Source: Octopus vulgaris
Lineage: Eukaryota
Direction of reading: 5' to 3'
Assembly (NCBI GenBank): GCA_951406725.2
Contig: OX597834.1
Location: forward strand, 10,230,001 to 10,294,000
Length of the DNA stretch: 64,000 nt
Position 1 is the first letter of the stretch, and each line of letters begins with the position of its first letter. The position numbers and the translations under genes were made by a program. Shown here in pieces: positions 25,377-39,955 of the stretch. The notes under the pieces were generated by a model. The model was not told the origin of the DNA and searched no databases. It saw only the letters and a list, made by a program, of their open reading frames with translations.

Positions 25377-25415
<39 letters not shown>

Positions 25416-25416
<1 letters not shown>

Positions 25417-25640
25417 TAGCAGTATCGCCCGGCGTTGCTCGGGTTTGTAAGGGAAATAACTATATAAGCATTTTTAGAGATGTAAAGTATAATAGCCATC
25501 TCAATATGGCTAACCACAAAGTGGGGGGGTGTTACTGTAGCTTTTTACGTTCTGAGATATAATAATAAATTTTTGGAGAGTTACTTCCCTTACATATGCA
25601 AAAAATGCATTAAAAATGGGAAACATTGATGGTAAATTTT
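25416..25640 (-). mobile_element. Helitron-like 3' end
   Basis: A|CTAGCAGTATCGCCCGGCGTTGCTCGGGTTTGTAAGGGAAATAAC is the reverse complement of the 3480 terminus. Confidence 0.65.
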
Positions 25641-25719
25641 TGTGTGTATAAGTAAACGTTTATACTGATTAACATGCATATAAGTATGTATGAATGCGTG
25701 TGAGTATACTCTCTTTAAT

Positions 25720-25912
25720 TCTTTTACTTGTTTCAGTCATTTGACTGAGGCCATGCTGGAGCACGTCCTTTAGTCGAGCAAATCGACCCCGGGACTTATT
25801 CTTTTGTTAGCCCAGTACTTATTCTATCGGTCTATTTTGTCGAACCGCTAATTAACGGGGACATAAACACACCAGCATCTGTTGTCACGCAATGCTAGGG
25901 GAACACACACAA

Positions 25913-25967
<55 letters not shown>

Positions 25968-26133
25968 TACGATAGGCTTCTTTCAGTTTCCGTCTACCAA
26001 ATCCACTCACAAGGCATTGGTCGGCCCGGGGCTATAGCAGAAGACACTTGCCCAAGATTCCACGCAGTGGGACTGAACCTGGAACCATGTGGTTGGTTAG
26101 CAAGCTACTTACCACACAGCCACTCCTGCGCCT
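25720..26133 (-). mobile_element. SINE family A
   Basis: Full-length reverse copy. Confidence 0.9.
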
Positions 26134-26315
26134 GTATATGTACGTCTTCCTTTAAAGTGACTGATAAACAGACAGGGAGAAACAGACATATAGTATATAG
26201 ACAGACAGGTAAAGAGACATCGAGGCAAATGGACAATATTGCATTCTGGGTCAAAATCATACTTGGCCTATTAAATAGAATGCTATTACGAAGATATTTT
26301 TCGGAAAATTTTACA

Positions 26316-26825
26316 AGGTGTAGGAGTGGCTGTGTGGTAAGCAGCTTGTTTACCAACCACATAGTTCAGAGTTCAGTCCCACTGAGTGGCACAATGGGCA
26401 GGCGTCTTCTACTATAGCCCCGGGCCGACCAAAGCCTTGTTAGTGGATTTGTAGAGGGAAACTGAAAGAAGCCCGTCGTATATATGTATATATATCGAAT
26501 GAATTATATATCAAAAGGAAAATGTTCTTGTTATTGTTGATTTTACTATTTTCATACACATAGATAAATAGGTATAAATACATAAACGCACGTATATATA
26601 TGTATATATATATATGTCTGTATATGTTTGTATGTTTGTTCTGCCTCCAATATCGCTTGACAACCGATGCTTGTGTGTTTACGTCCCCGTAACCTAGCGG
26701 TTCGGCAAGTTAGAATAGAATAAGTACTAGGCTTAGAAAGAATAAGTCCTGTGGTCGATTTGCTCAAGTAAAAGGCGGTGCTCCAGCATGGCTACAGCCA
26801 AATGACTGAAACAAGTAAAAGAGTA
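26316..26825 (+). mobile_element. SINE family A with a captured local sequence
   Basis: Family A copy whose central tract contains a copy of 24835-24931. Confidence 0.85.
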
Positions 26826-27083
26826 ATGCAAACGATTATTTCATTTCTGCTTTAGTTAATACGATTCTCCATTGTAGTAACTTAAAAATATGTTGGTTTA
26901 TTTGCGACATTACAGCAGATACCTTGCTCGTATCTATGTGTCAAAAGAAATTTTAACAGTTTCAATAAATTATTCTTGTAGTTTAAATGTGACACGCCGA
27001 TAATTTTATTTGTCTTGGAAACTATTTTGGAAATGTACAATGTTATATCGTATATATAATGCGATATGATATGATAGGACATG

Positions 27084-27118
<35 letters not shown>

Positions 27119-27218
27119 GTTTGAATTTACCAAAAAAAAATTAACAAAATGAAAGACAAAGACGAGTCTGCTAACAAGAAGCAGATGTATTAGTTTAACA
27201 CTTGCGAAGTGAGAAAGT

Positions 27219-27254
27219 CTTTTACGTTTCGAGCCTACGCTCTTCAACAGAAAG
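27219..27254 (-). ncRNA. Minimal hammerhead motif, CUGUUGA core variant
   Basis: Minus strand: cttt CTGTTGA a gagc gtag gctc GAAAC GTA aaag. Confidence 0.7.
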
Positions 27255-28114
27255 GAACACAGAAATAAACAGAGTGAAAATAAAAAAAAGGTTTAGTGGT
27301 TAGCATGTGTGTGTATTGTTAATAAGGAGAATAAAGAATTACGACATTCAGACTGTTTATTTCCAGTTAGTTTATTCATAATTGTCCGACACGTGTTTCT
27401 ATCTGCCTTTATATTATACCACTTCTCTTATTGTTTGTGTGTGTGTGTGTGAGAGCGCGCGTTTTTACTGCTTAACTAGTCGTTACTTGCAAGAAAGTAT
27501 ATCATACTGACATGTATCTTGTTTCCGCTAATTGTTTTACGTGCCCGAGTGATCCGGAGCTGACATAAATAACCTTTGACCTTCCTGAACTTTGACCCAT
27601 CAAAATGTCCGGCATGTCACTGCTTCGACGGGAGAGGTTTCCACTAGCACCCTGCATTATTTGCCTTATAGGTGAGAAGAGAATAATCAACTAAAATGAT
27701 TCACTTGCACAAGGACACAATGCGTAATCCGTTCAAGGATTTGAACATGTCCTAAACTCTAGGCCATGTTCGTTAATAAAGCTGCTAACGAGTTGAAATG
27801 TTAATACCTAACCGAAGTTCCATAATTGATATCCCTCTCCCTAAGTGTTGTAAATCGGTCCTTTGCCATTATTTTATCTCTCTTTTCACGACGGTTATCG
27901 CTCTGAAAGATATTGTTATATTGCGAAGACGCCGATAGGATGGTTTTATCTGGCATTGTACGGGTTGGGTCAATCCAGATTGGAGCAATCTTAAGATTAA
28001 TCAGCCGAAATTGCGAGGATGATCCGGTTCTTGACTGAAGATTAGAGGCTACGAATGATCTGTCCGTGTTTTTTGTATCGTCTTCTGAATGTTTTGCGTT
28101 CTTGTCCCATCTTG

Positions 28115-28163
<49 letters not shown>

Positions 28164-28814
28164 ATACATATATATACATATATACGAAGAGTTGGACCGT
28201 TATAAACGTCCACTCAGGATCACAGTATGATTAATATATCAGCAGAGACACGACTATCAACACAGTCTACTCGTACTCTCGACCTTCTGACCTTCCGACT
28301 GACGACCGGCTACTGGTCTATTTACAATGGCTGTCTACTACCACTTTTTACTGGGGTGGGTGGGCGTACAGTTTCACTAAGTAAGTAAAAAGTTCAAACC
28401 GAGTCAAACGTTGGATGCATAGACTAACTATTCTGTTAATTCCGCTAATTCTTGTAAAAATATTGAACTGAGAATGTAAAACAGAGAGACAGACAGACAG
28501 AGGAGGGGAAAGGGGAGGAAAAGTGTAGAGATGGGATGAAACGAAGAAGGAAGCGAGGGATGGGAAGTGAAAACAGATGGAGAACAAAGAACTGACTAAC
28601 GGTCTCTCAACAAACTGAAAATATCAGTTAAATCACGTACATATCTCATTCTACCGCTTTAAATATCAGCTACATTAAACAATGTTATTCCTGAGGTACA
28701 AATCATGGTGTTGTGGAGATTAGATTGCTTTTAATCTTAAATTATCAATTTCATATCTTCAGAGTTGGTAGAAGAACTATCAGGATAGTTAGTCTATGCG
28801 TCACCGTTAGAGAA

Positions 28815-28878
<64 letters not shown>

Positions 28879-29219
28879 ATAATTTTGTTTGACTATGAAT
28901 TATGAGGGGGCACAATACAATGACGATTATTTGAGCCAATAATTGGCAGACTTTGATCCGGCTCTAGACCGATTTGCTAGATACAGAAGATAATTTCTTT
29001 GTATTTTTTAAAATTAATCCTACGGACTTAAATTGGGGAATGAGACATTCATAACTGAAAACCAGTAAAACTAGATAATAGATATGTGTACGCTTGTGTG
29101 TCTATATCTAACTATATAATTATATCTATCTCTTCATCTATGTTTTTCTCTCTCTCTCCCTATATATATATATATATATATTACATATATATATAAATAT
29201 TTATTTACTTATTTATTTT

Positions 29220-29480
29220 ACGTTTATATATTTGTTGTGCAAGATTTTTAAAGTGAAGTCGTCTGTTGAAACAGACATTGTTGTATTTCGGAATGGTCAT
29301 TTTGCCAGTTTAGCCAATAAAAACACACGCACTATATATTTGGTGTTACTTTGCTAGCCGAAATAAGATTAAGATCAATGTAAAAAATCAATAACACTGA
29401 AGTAAAGTAACACTAAATATATAGTGCGTGTGTTTATTTGGCTAAACTAGCAAAATGATCATTCCGAAATACAACAATAT
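29220..29480. mobile_element. Hairpin element family H2, second copy, hammerhead absent
   Basis: Arms 29277-29353 and 29402-29478, homologous to 6728-7112. The left arm carries the tail. Confidence 0.75.
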
Positions 29481-29635
29481 TTATATATACATACATACAT
29501 ACATATAATTATACATATATACATATGTATTTATACATCTTAGAGTATTATTAGAAATGAAGGGGGATATAACAACATTTTACGTACTCCTTTAGGTGAC
29601 ATTTTATGTACGTCTATTACTTTTGGTATATACAG

Positions 29636-29963
29636 AGGCAAGCGTGGCTGCGGATAAGCAGACTGATTTCCAGCCACATTATTCTGGGTTCAACTTCATT
29701 TTGGAAGAATCTTGGACATGTGTCTTCTACTATAGCATCGGGTCGACCAAAGCCTTGTGAGAGGATTTGGTAGACGGAACCTGAAATATGTATATATCTA
29801 TGTATATGTGTGTTTCTGTTTTTGTCCCATCACATCTTGACCTCTGGTGTTGGTGTTTTTAAGTTCCCGTAACATAGCGGTTCGCCTAAGAGACCGATGG
29901 AATAAATACTAGGCTTTAAAAAATAACTCAACTATAGTCGTAGTCATATGAGTGAAACAAGTA

Positions 29964-29965
<2 letters not shown>
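29636..29965 (+). mobile_element. SINE family A, diverged
   Basis: Recognisable head, CCAAAGCCTTGTGAG...GGTAGACGGAA and tail. Confidence 0.75.
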
Positions 29966-30004
<39 letters not shown>

Positions 30005-30029
30005 GTGTGTGTGTGTATGTGTGTACGTT

Positions 30030-30091
<62 letters not shown>

Positions 30092-30796
30092 GTATGTATG
30101 TATGTATGTATGTAGTATGTATGTATGTATCTATATCGTAACACAAATGGGCTGATGCTCCCTACAGTTGTTTCAGACTTGTTTTTTTAATTGATGAACA
30201 AAACAGTTACATCATTCAAGTAACCATTTTCTTCAGGAGTCCTGGAATTTACCTTTGTGCCTTTATTATTACTATTGGATATTATTGGATCCAGCGAATA
30301 ATTCTAATACAGTGATACCTCGCAGTACGAGTATAATTCGTTCCATGACCGAGATCGTCTTACGATTTACTCGTTTTACAAATCCATTTTCCCCATTGAA
30401 ATTAACTAAAATATAATTAATCCGTGCCAGCCGCCCAAAACCACTCAAAAGTAATTTTTTTATTGGTTTTAAAACAGAAAAGATGTAATTACAAGTAAAA
30501 TGACAATTATAGAAAAGAGAATACAAAGGAAATAGGTAAACTGGTTTTATTAACTGAATTAGCTTAAAGATTGGACAATTTGTGTGCTCGTACGGCGGAT
30601 TTCTGCTCGTAGTTCAAGACGGAAATTCACATGATTCTCCGCTCGTGAAGCAAATTACTCGTACAATGGGGCACTATACTGCGAGGTTCTACTTTATATG
30701 CATATATGTGTGTACTGTAAATGTATGTATGTATAAATATATAGGTGTGTGTGTGTGTATATATATATCTATGTACGTACGTATGTATGTCTCTGT

Positions 30797-31130
30797 CTGT
30801 ATGTAGGCATGCATGTATGCATGCATGTATGTATGTGTGCATACATACATGCATGCAGGCATGTATGTATGCATGCAGGAATATATGCATGCAGGAATAT
30901 ATGCATGTAGGCATGCATGCATGTAGGCAGGCATGCATGCATGTATGCATGTATGAATGTAGGCATGTATGCATGCAGGCATTTATGTATGCAGGCATTT
31001 ATGTATGCAGGCATGTATGTATGCAGGCATGTATGTATGTAGGCATGTATGTATGTAGGCATGTATGTATGTAGGCATGTATGTATGTATGTATGTATGT
31101 AGGCATGTATGTATGTAGGCATGTATGTAT
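30797..31130. repeat. (ATGT/AGGC/ATGC) compound microsatellite
   Basis: Direct reading. Confidence 0.9.
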
Positions 31131-32014
31131 TGAACACAACGAAAAATAGTTCTCTATTGTAATTCTTGCTCTGATTGTTGTTATACACACATAAAATGAT
31201 GGTCATGTTTATAAAATGCAGCTTTGCGCATAGGCGTGGTTATTGCGAGTTGAAAACCACATATGATGTCATTTTAGTTCTACATCTATGCATGCTTATA
31301 TGCATATGTCTACTCGCATTAACTTTATCACTAAACTAGATATATTTCTCTCACGTCAGAATAAAAGAATTACAAGCAAAACTTACTGCTTTTAATATTA
31401 ACTTTTCGAACTGCGATAGCAAAGCTTGTGTTAACACAGAGAAGGCGGAATGTCTTTGGAAAAGTTAACAAGAAACAATTAAGTAGCAAGGAATATGAAA
31501 AGACAAAGCAAAGACGAAACTAGTCTAAGACTAATATTAATTATAACAATTATGCGATACAGCTTCAAATTTGTTTTGTTATGAAGTCATCGCTGCACGA
31601 AGCTTTCCAATGAAATAATGTAAGAAGCTCCAAATAAATATGAAATATTATATATTGGCTGATGTAGATATTTATAGCGGCATTAGAAAACAAACGGTGA
31701 GAATATAATGAAGACAGGTGCAATGTGGTGAACATATGCAACTGTCAGGCAGACTATTCTAAAGTAATGAGCAGACAGATATAGCTTATTGCACGGCAAC
31801 CTATAGAATTATAAGTGGAATTAACAAGACGAATTTTTCTAAGATGTAACGAGATAACAAAACGTATTAATCGAATGGAACTATCTACAAACTCCGTGTC
31901 TCCAGAAAAAAAAATATGGTGCTGCTTTAGCTATTAGAAGTTTTAGCATATGACAAAATAATTCTATAGAGAAAAAATACGCATTTCTATAAGTTTTCTC
32001 TCATAATTTTATGC

Positions 32015-32610
32015 ATAGGTGTAGGAGTGGCTGTGTAGTAAGTAGCTTGCTTACCAACCACATGGTTCCGGGTTCATCCCCATTGCGTGGCACCTTGGCT
32101 AAGTGTCTTCTACTGTATACACACAAATACATGCATATATATACATAAGCCCCAGCATGACCACACTCTAGTAACCGAATCAAGTTTATATATATATATA
32201 CATATACATATATATATATATATTCGCGCGTACATGTGTGTGTGTGTGTGTGTATATATATCTTGGTACAGACAAACACATGCATATATACATATACATA
32301 CATACAAGCAAGTGCCTGCTACTATAGCTTCGGGCCGACCAAAGCCTTGTGAGTAGACGGAAACTGAAAGAAGCCCGTCGTATGTATGTATATGTGTTTG
32401 TGTGTCTGTGTTTGTCACCCCCTCCAACATCACTTGACAACAGATGCTGGTGTGTTTACATCCCCGTAACTTAGCGGTTCGGCAAAAGAGACCGATAGAA
32501 TAAGTACTAGGTTTATAAAGAGTAAGTTCTAGTGTCGATTTATTCGACTAAAAGCGGTGCTCCAGCATGGCCGCAGTCAAATGACTGAAACAAGTAAAAG
32601 AGTAAAAGAG
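32015..32610 (+). mobile_element. SINE family A, interrupted
   Basis: Head 32015-32115, inserted simple sequence, body resumes near 32308. Confidence 0.8.
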
Positions 32611-33657
32611 TATAAATATATCAATATTGATTTGTATGTATGACATGCATATTACATGTAACGTATTCGCTAACAGTGGGTTTGTATTTGGTATGAAATC
32701 TAATAGTAGTAATTATTCGTCCATTATATATATGTAATCAAACAATATATATATATATGTAATCAAACAATCCACCTTCGAACATCACTCTCTTATGGCA
32801 GCAACTTCGTGTAAAATAACAGAAATAAGAAACTATCCTGTTAACTCAGCTACTTCCTCTGAAGATATTAATATGACAGAAGGAGAGAGAGTGGAAAAGA
32901 ATGGACATCGACGAAGGTGGATGAGAAGGAAGAAATAGTCTCAATAAATAATTTAATAAGGAGCTGAAATATGTCATCCAGGCTGCTGAAAATCGCCACC
33001 ACATTTCCTAAAAATCGCCGACTACTGTATAATATAAATGCTGTATTGAACAATTTAGATTTATATAGAAACGACATTATATAGAAAAGTTTTCTCTTAT
33101 ATTAATTCTTATCGCCATATTAATGGAGCTGACCAGCGGCAGCGATTATTCTTAAATCTATAAGAATGCCATATTAATATGGCGATAACAATTAATTTCC
33201 AGTAAACGCTGCCGTAATCTCTTTTATAGAGACATAGTAATTTTAATATTTCTATTATTTTCTCTTATAATTTTATGCATAAGCGCAGGAGTGGCTGTGT
33301 GGTAAGTAGCTTGCTTACCAACCACATGGTTCCGGGTTCATCCCCTTTGCGTGGCACCTTGGGCAAGTGTCTTCTACTATAGCCTCGAGCCGACCAAAGC
33401 CTCGTGCGTAGATTTGGTAGCGAAAGGGCTTTCATCGTAAAAACGTTTTCACGGATCTTGGTATACATAACAATGGAAACATTTACTTTCGGCCAGCGAG
33501 GGAAGGTCTCCGTAGAAGCAAAGAAAACAAACACAGAAATAGACCATGTGGGCGTGCGTATACATACACATACATAAATATGTGTGAGCACATCAATACA
33601 TGTGAGATGTATGCATGCATGTACGTGTATATGAATGTATGTGTGTATGAATGTATG

Positions 33658-33890
33658 TATTTCTTTACTGCCCACAAGGGGCTAAACATAGAGGGGACAA
33701 ACAAGGACAGACAAAGGGATTAAGTTGATTATATCGACCCCAGTGCGAAACTGGTACTTAATTTATCGATCCCGAAAGGATGAAAGTCAACGTCGACCTC
33801 GGCGGAATTTGAACTCAGAACATAACGACAGACGAAATACCGCTAAGCATTTCGCCCAGCGCGCTAACGCTTCTGCCAGCTCGCCGCCTT
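33658..33890 (-). mobile_element. SINE family B
   Basis: Full-length reverse copy ending CCAGCTCGCCGCCTT. Confidence 0.88.
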
Positions 33891-34459
33891 ATTGTATGTA
33901 TGTATATATGAGTGCATATATGTATGTGTATATGCGTGCATGTACGTGTGTATGAGGGAGTGTTTGTGTTGATACATAATATATATCCTTCTTATCATAG
34001 TACCCGGTGCAACATGTTGCTTCTCGTGAAGTAAATGTCTAATTTCTCTTCACATAAAAAAATTTACATGATGCCACTTAATGCAGACCGAACACTTGTC
34101 AGCATATAAATCTATTTTGTCATTGGTGCAATGGTGATCTTATGGTATATGGCTGCTTTGAAGTTTCTGTCGGGGTTATCGTTTGATCTGAGGTCAAACT
34201 TCAAGAAGCATATTTACAATCTTACGGCTGTTACAGCTGCGTGATTTTCGTCCTTGATTTTGTGAAACGTTCTGTAACGACGTTTTTCAAAGGAATATTT
34301 CTGCATTTAAGTCTGTATCTGAAAGAAATTTGACAGCAGGTTTTCGCAGGGCCTTAGCTGGTCTTTGAACGTTTTACGTTGGATGTTGAACTTTGTAGCG
34401 CAAGGACGTTATTCGCAATGACACCAAAGGCTCAAAAAACCTATTCCTAATCTTTATAG

Positions 34460-34905
34460 GCAGAGGGCCTGAAATTTTGGAGAAGTGGCAAATCGATTAC
34501 AGTGACCCCAGTGCTCAACTGTTACTTATTGTAACATCGACCCCGAGAATATGAAAGCCAAAGACGAATTCGGTGGAATTTGAAATCAGAATGTAAAGGC
34601 GAATGAAATGCTTCTATGCATTTTGTTCTGCATACTAAGTATTAAGTCTGCTCGCCGTCTTAAAGAGCCTATTTATAACAATCATTTAAAGTGCCTATTT
34701 ATAACAATCCTTTTTACTATAGGTACAAGTCCTGAAATTTGGGGGAAGGGTCTAGTCTATTACATTGACCCCGATGCACAACTGGCAATTATTTCATCGA
34801 CTCCGCAAGGATGACAGGCAAATTCGATCTCACTGTATTTTGAAATCAGAACCGAAAAGCGAGACGAAATGCCGCAAAGCAATTTGTCCAGCACGCTAAA
34901 GATTC
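34460..34905 (-). mobile_element. Two diverged SINE family B-related copies
   Basis: CCTGAAATTT...GACCCC...GAAATCAGAA...GAAATGC pattern seen twice. Confidence 0.6.
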
Positions 34906-35733
34906 TTTCCTCTTGTTTCCTTAATTAACCTATTTATGATAAAATCAACGAGGTGTTATGGTGAACCATTTACCTGTTATTTATAAACGTAGACCTTACC
35001 ATAGATTCTCAAATAGTGATTAAGGTAGCACTAAATAAGGGCATATATTGTACGCTGGTTTTCAATTGGTTTCCGAACAATACGATTGTTTAAAGAATTT
35101 CTTAGAAAATAACCGAGGAAAAGCAATATTTGACAGTGACATATAGGCAGGTGAAAAATATTGAACAGATGTTGCTGTGGCCCAGACGATTTTGAAGTAA
35201 ACTATAGACGAACAAACGCATCACACGTCAACTAATACATTATAAATGAAATTAACAAGACTTGGTGTTGTAGCTGATTTGATGAGATACAAAAACTCAT
35301 ACGACACGTCTAGACTGAGATTTGGTGACGATTTAGTTACTAAAGATTTTAACAAATAATTATATTATGAACACGAATGGGCGTTTCTACGGGTTCTGAA
35401 TCTTTTGATAACATCGATAAATGTAAAGAGGACATTTTCGGTAATTCAATCGTCGTAACACAGTGATAGTAGCTTCCTTGAAATGAAGGAAATGTTAGCA
35501 TTCAGTTATAAATTCGTATAGTGTCATTTATATGAGAGCAAACGATGGAAAACATTTAAAATTGTCATGTCACTATTGTATTTGGTATCTGGTTATTCTT
35601 GCAATGTTTGTAGAAACCCAGACACTGTTAAACAGCATTGCGTAATATGGTCAAATGAGCACAAAACCACGACCAGTCTTTCATCTTTTAGCTTCTTTTG
35701 TTGCGGTCAAGCGATATTTAAAAATTTAATATC

Positions 35734-35788
<55 letters not shown>

Positions 35789-36067
35789 TAGGTGAATGAA
35801 TTATCCTAGTATGGATAATTCGGTTAACCGATACCCGGGTAGCAAATTCACGTCAGAAAACACGGTTGAAGCTACATGCCAAGGGCAGAAATCCCGTGTT
35901 CTCGTGTGGAAATTTGTGTTTTTTTTAACTATAAGTAAATGAAATATATTGATAGAAATGCCAAGACAACATAAGAATGAAAGAAACCTCAATATTATGT
36001 AAATAGAGGAATTTATCTGTAAATATAATATGTGACAATTATTCGGTAGCCATGGCTACAGAATAAT

Positions 36068-36109
<42 letters not shown>

Positions 36110-36374
36110 ATATATATGTATATATATATATATGTATATATATATATGTATATATATATGTATATATATTTGCTCCATAGAACTTGTTTTGATGGAAATT
36201 TGAGTGCTATTTGAAAGGAGGATTTGAAATTCTGTAAATTTGACCATTGATATCCAGGTCAAAAAAGCTAAGTTAGACGGGAATATTAATAATTTCCTGT
36301 TATTTCTAAATAGAAGCAAATAGGAAATAACAATTACTGCCCGAAAACAAACAAAAATTTGGTTCACAGTATAA

Positions 36375-37090
36375 TGTCTTCTGAGATTAGAGCAGGAAAC
36401 TGGGAAGGTAGTATTGTACAGTAATACAACGAAAACAGAACTGCAAGTATTCAACAACGAAACGCCTGTTTCAGTGAAAGTGAGAGTAGGTCGCTGAAGG
36501 TAGTTCAAAATTTAAAATACTTTGATGCGTGGACACAAAGTACTGAAAAAGACATCGTAGCAAGGAAAGCTCTTGCCTGGAGCGCATGCCATATATTGAG
36601 AAAGGTACAGGGTTCAAAGTTAACAAGGAAATTGAAAGTGAGGTTGTTTCTGGCAACAGTGGAGTAGGTTCGTCTATACGGCGCTGAAATATGGACGTTC
36701 ACTAAAGCATTGAAGAAACAGTTGGACAGTTGTTATACGAGGATGCTTAGAATGGCACTCAATGTCTCCTGGAAGAGTCATACAAGAAACGCTGATTTAT
36801 ACCAGGGGCTACCAAGAGTAACATTAAAGATACAGCATAGAAGGGTGAGGCTAGATGAACACTGCATCAGGCACACCGAAGGAAATTGCTAACAAGCTAG
36901 TTCTAGTGCTCTGGCAGCCAACAGAAGGAAGAACCAGGAGAGGAAGGAGGAAGACAACCTATATCGACAAATTGCGAGCGGATACTGGTATGGAAAGGGT
37001 ACAGGTGCTGAGGACCATTCTGGAAGATCGAGCTGAATGGAAAAAACGTGTGGAAACAGTCTTGGGGCACCTGTGGGACGACCTAGATAA
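36375..37090 (+). mobile_element. RTE-clade LINE 3' fragment, pseudogenised
   Basis: FKYF...RKLKVRLFLATVE*VRLYGAEIWTFTKALKKQLDSCYTRMLRMALNVSW...WQPTEGRTRRGRRKTTYIDKL...DRAEWK, with stops and frameshifts. Confidence 0.85.
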
Positions 37091-37794
37091 ATTCTGCGAA
37101 GTACAGACGCTTTCGCTTCTGCCACTTAAAGATGATTTAAGATATGTATAGATTATTTTTCTGAAGAAACTTTGAGTGGTGTGATGATACACAGAAACAA
37201 ATACTTAGGATATTATCTTTAGACACCATCTGGTTGGAAACCAATTTTCATGTTCTGCACTAATACACTGAATGTTGTGAGTGAAGAAATTTAATTAATG
37301 AAGATTATTGTGAAGAGATATGATAATTAGCTCAGTGATTATTCTGGTGAAAAAAGATAAGGGAGACAAACGGGAAATTTCAATTAATGTATGTTAACCA
37401 ATTGTTTGTTTGCTGTGAATTCCCGAAGGATATCGAAAACTGCTATTGTAATATTTGCTGGAATGGTGAAACAGTATTCTACAGCTATGTGACGCGTGTA
37501 TTTGAGGCACGTGTTCATCAACTCAAATTTGAAATATGCTCACCAATTATCAATCTCACTCACACACACAGACAACCACACTTACAGACACGTATATAGA
37601 AGCACAAAAACACATGTAGAAATACAGATATTCGCTGACATATATCCATATATATATACACACGCAAAAAAGCCAAGACATGTAGACCAAACATGATACA
37701 ACGAAACAACCACAGTACCCATAGACAAACATATACATAAACATATATACATGTGCTCATACGCATTCATATATATATACATATGTATGTATAT

Positions 37795-38062
37795 ATGCAT
37801 AAAAATATTCATACATATGAGCATATATATATATATATATATATATACATAAAAATATTCATACATATGAGCGTATATATATATATATGCATAAAAATAT
37901 TCATACATATGAGCGTGTATATATATATATATATATGTGCATAAAAATATTCATACATATGAGCGTATATATATATATATGCATAAAAATATTCATACAT
38001 ATGAGCATGTGTATATATATATATATATATATATATGCATAAAAATATTCCTACATATGAGC

Positions 38063-38097
<35 letters not shown>

Positions 38098-38205
38098 GGT
38101 GGATGCGTGTGTGTGTGTGTATATAAACGTATATATATATTCAAGTATATATGTGGGTGGATGCGTGTGTGTGTGTGTATATAAACGTATATATATATTC
38201 AAGTA
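37795..38205. repeat. Compound minisatellite CATAAAAATATTCATACATATGAGC(G) + variable (TA)n
   Basis: Six constant blocks separated by variable TA tracts, then a short two-copy duplication. Confidence 0.88.
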
Positions 38206-38491
38206 TAAATGTGTACATTTGTGCACACACCCACATACCGTGATCAGATATATCTAAATATGTGAAATCAGCTGCATCGATCTTTTCCAAGCGAAATGGT
38301 TTATTTTAAATATTTTACTGAAGTATTATAGATTAATGCACACTAACACACACACACACACACAGACATACATACATGCAACGACGCACACATACATACA
38401 CAAATTCATGCATATGCAGATATGTAAACCATGGATAAGCATACAGAATCATACAAGCGCTCACATGAAATATAGATATATATATACATAT

Positions 38492-38524
<33 letters not shown>

Positions 38525-38804
38525 GTGTGAGAGCCATGAATGAATTAAGGCAACTCGTAAGTAACTATATAGCTGCTTTCATGTTCTCGGTTTTGTCAGA
38601 AACAGATGAAAAGATAAGGGAAACAGTGTGGAAAATGATGAGAAAGAATTCACAAAAATATTTTCTTATGAGAGAACGGGAGAGTTTTTTTTTTTCTTTC
38701 AGATATGCCATTTACAACAGAACATGCAATGCATAAAATATTCGCACTATTTCTCCCACTCATGTGTTAAGTGTAGTGTTGTGTTTCTATTAATTCTTTG
38801 CTTC

Positions 38805-39955
38805 TATCTATCCATCCACCCATCCATCTATCTGATTATCTATCTATCCATACATACATGTACGTATCTATCTATCTATCTATCTATCTATCTCTATCTA
38901 TCTATCTAGTTATCTATCCATCCATCAGTATCTATATCTATCTCTCTATCCATCTATCTATCTAATTATCTATCCATCCATCCATCTATCTATCTAGTTA
39001 TCTATCCATCCATCTGTATCTATATCTATCTCTCTATCCATCTATCTATCTAATTATCTATCCATCCATCCATCTCTATCTAGTTATCTGTCCATCCATC
39101 CATCTAATTATCTATCCATCCATCCATCTCTATCTAGTTATCTATCCATCCATCCATCTCTATCTAGTTATCTATCCATCCGTCTGTGTATATCTATCTC
39201 TCTATCCATCTATCTATCTAATTATCTCCATCCATCCATCTCTATCTAGTTATCTATCCATCCATCTGTGTATCTATATCTATCTCTCTATCCATCTATC
39301 TACCTAATTATCTATCCATCCATCCATCTCTATCTAGTTATCTATCCATCCATCTGTATCTATATCTATCTCTCTATCCATCTATCTATCTAATTATCTA
39401 TCCATCCATCCATCTCTATCTAGTTATCTATCCATCCATCTGTATCTAGTTATCTATCCATCTATCCATCTATCTATCTAATTATCTATCCATCCATCCA
39501 TCTATCTAGTTATCTATCCATCCATCTGTATCTATATCTATCTCTCTATCCATCTATCTATCTAATTATCTATCCATCCATCCATCTCTATCTAGTTATC
39601 TATCCATCCATCTGTGTATATCCATCTCTCTATCCATCTATCTATCCAATTATCTATCCATCCATCCATCCATCTCTATCTAGTTATCTGTCCATCCATC
39701 CATCTAATTATCTATCCATCCATCTATGTATCTATATATATCTATCCATCTAATTATCTATCTATCCAATTATCTATCTATCCATCTTCGAAAAGAAAAG
39801 CTCTACATTTGTATTTGTCCCCTCTGTATTTCAGCCCTGTGTGGCCAATAAAGAAAGTTATCTATCTATCCATGCATGCATGTATGTATGTATGCATCTA
39901 TCTATCTATCTATCTATTCATCCATCCATCTATGTATCTATCTATCCATCTATCG
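38805..39955. repeat. (TATC/CATC) compound microsatellite with higher-order structure
   Basis: Direct reading. Confidence 0.92.

Noticed and set aside
27980-28070. CTTAAGA...GAAATTGC and CTGAAGA...CGAATG hammerhead-like strings
   Set aside because: Stems too poor to support a call by eye.
31380-31960. Purine-rich coding-like stretch (a similar one lies at 34930-35720)
   Set aside because: Many stops and no motif I could recognise. Possibly old transposon relics, but unsupported.
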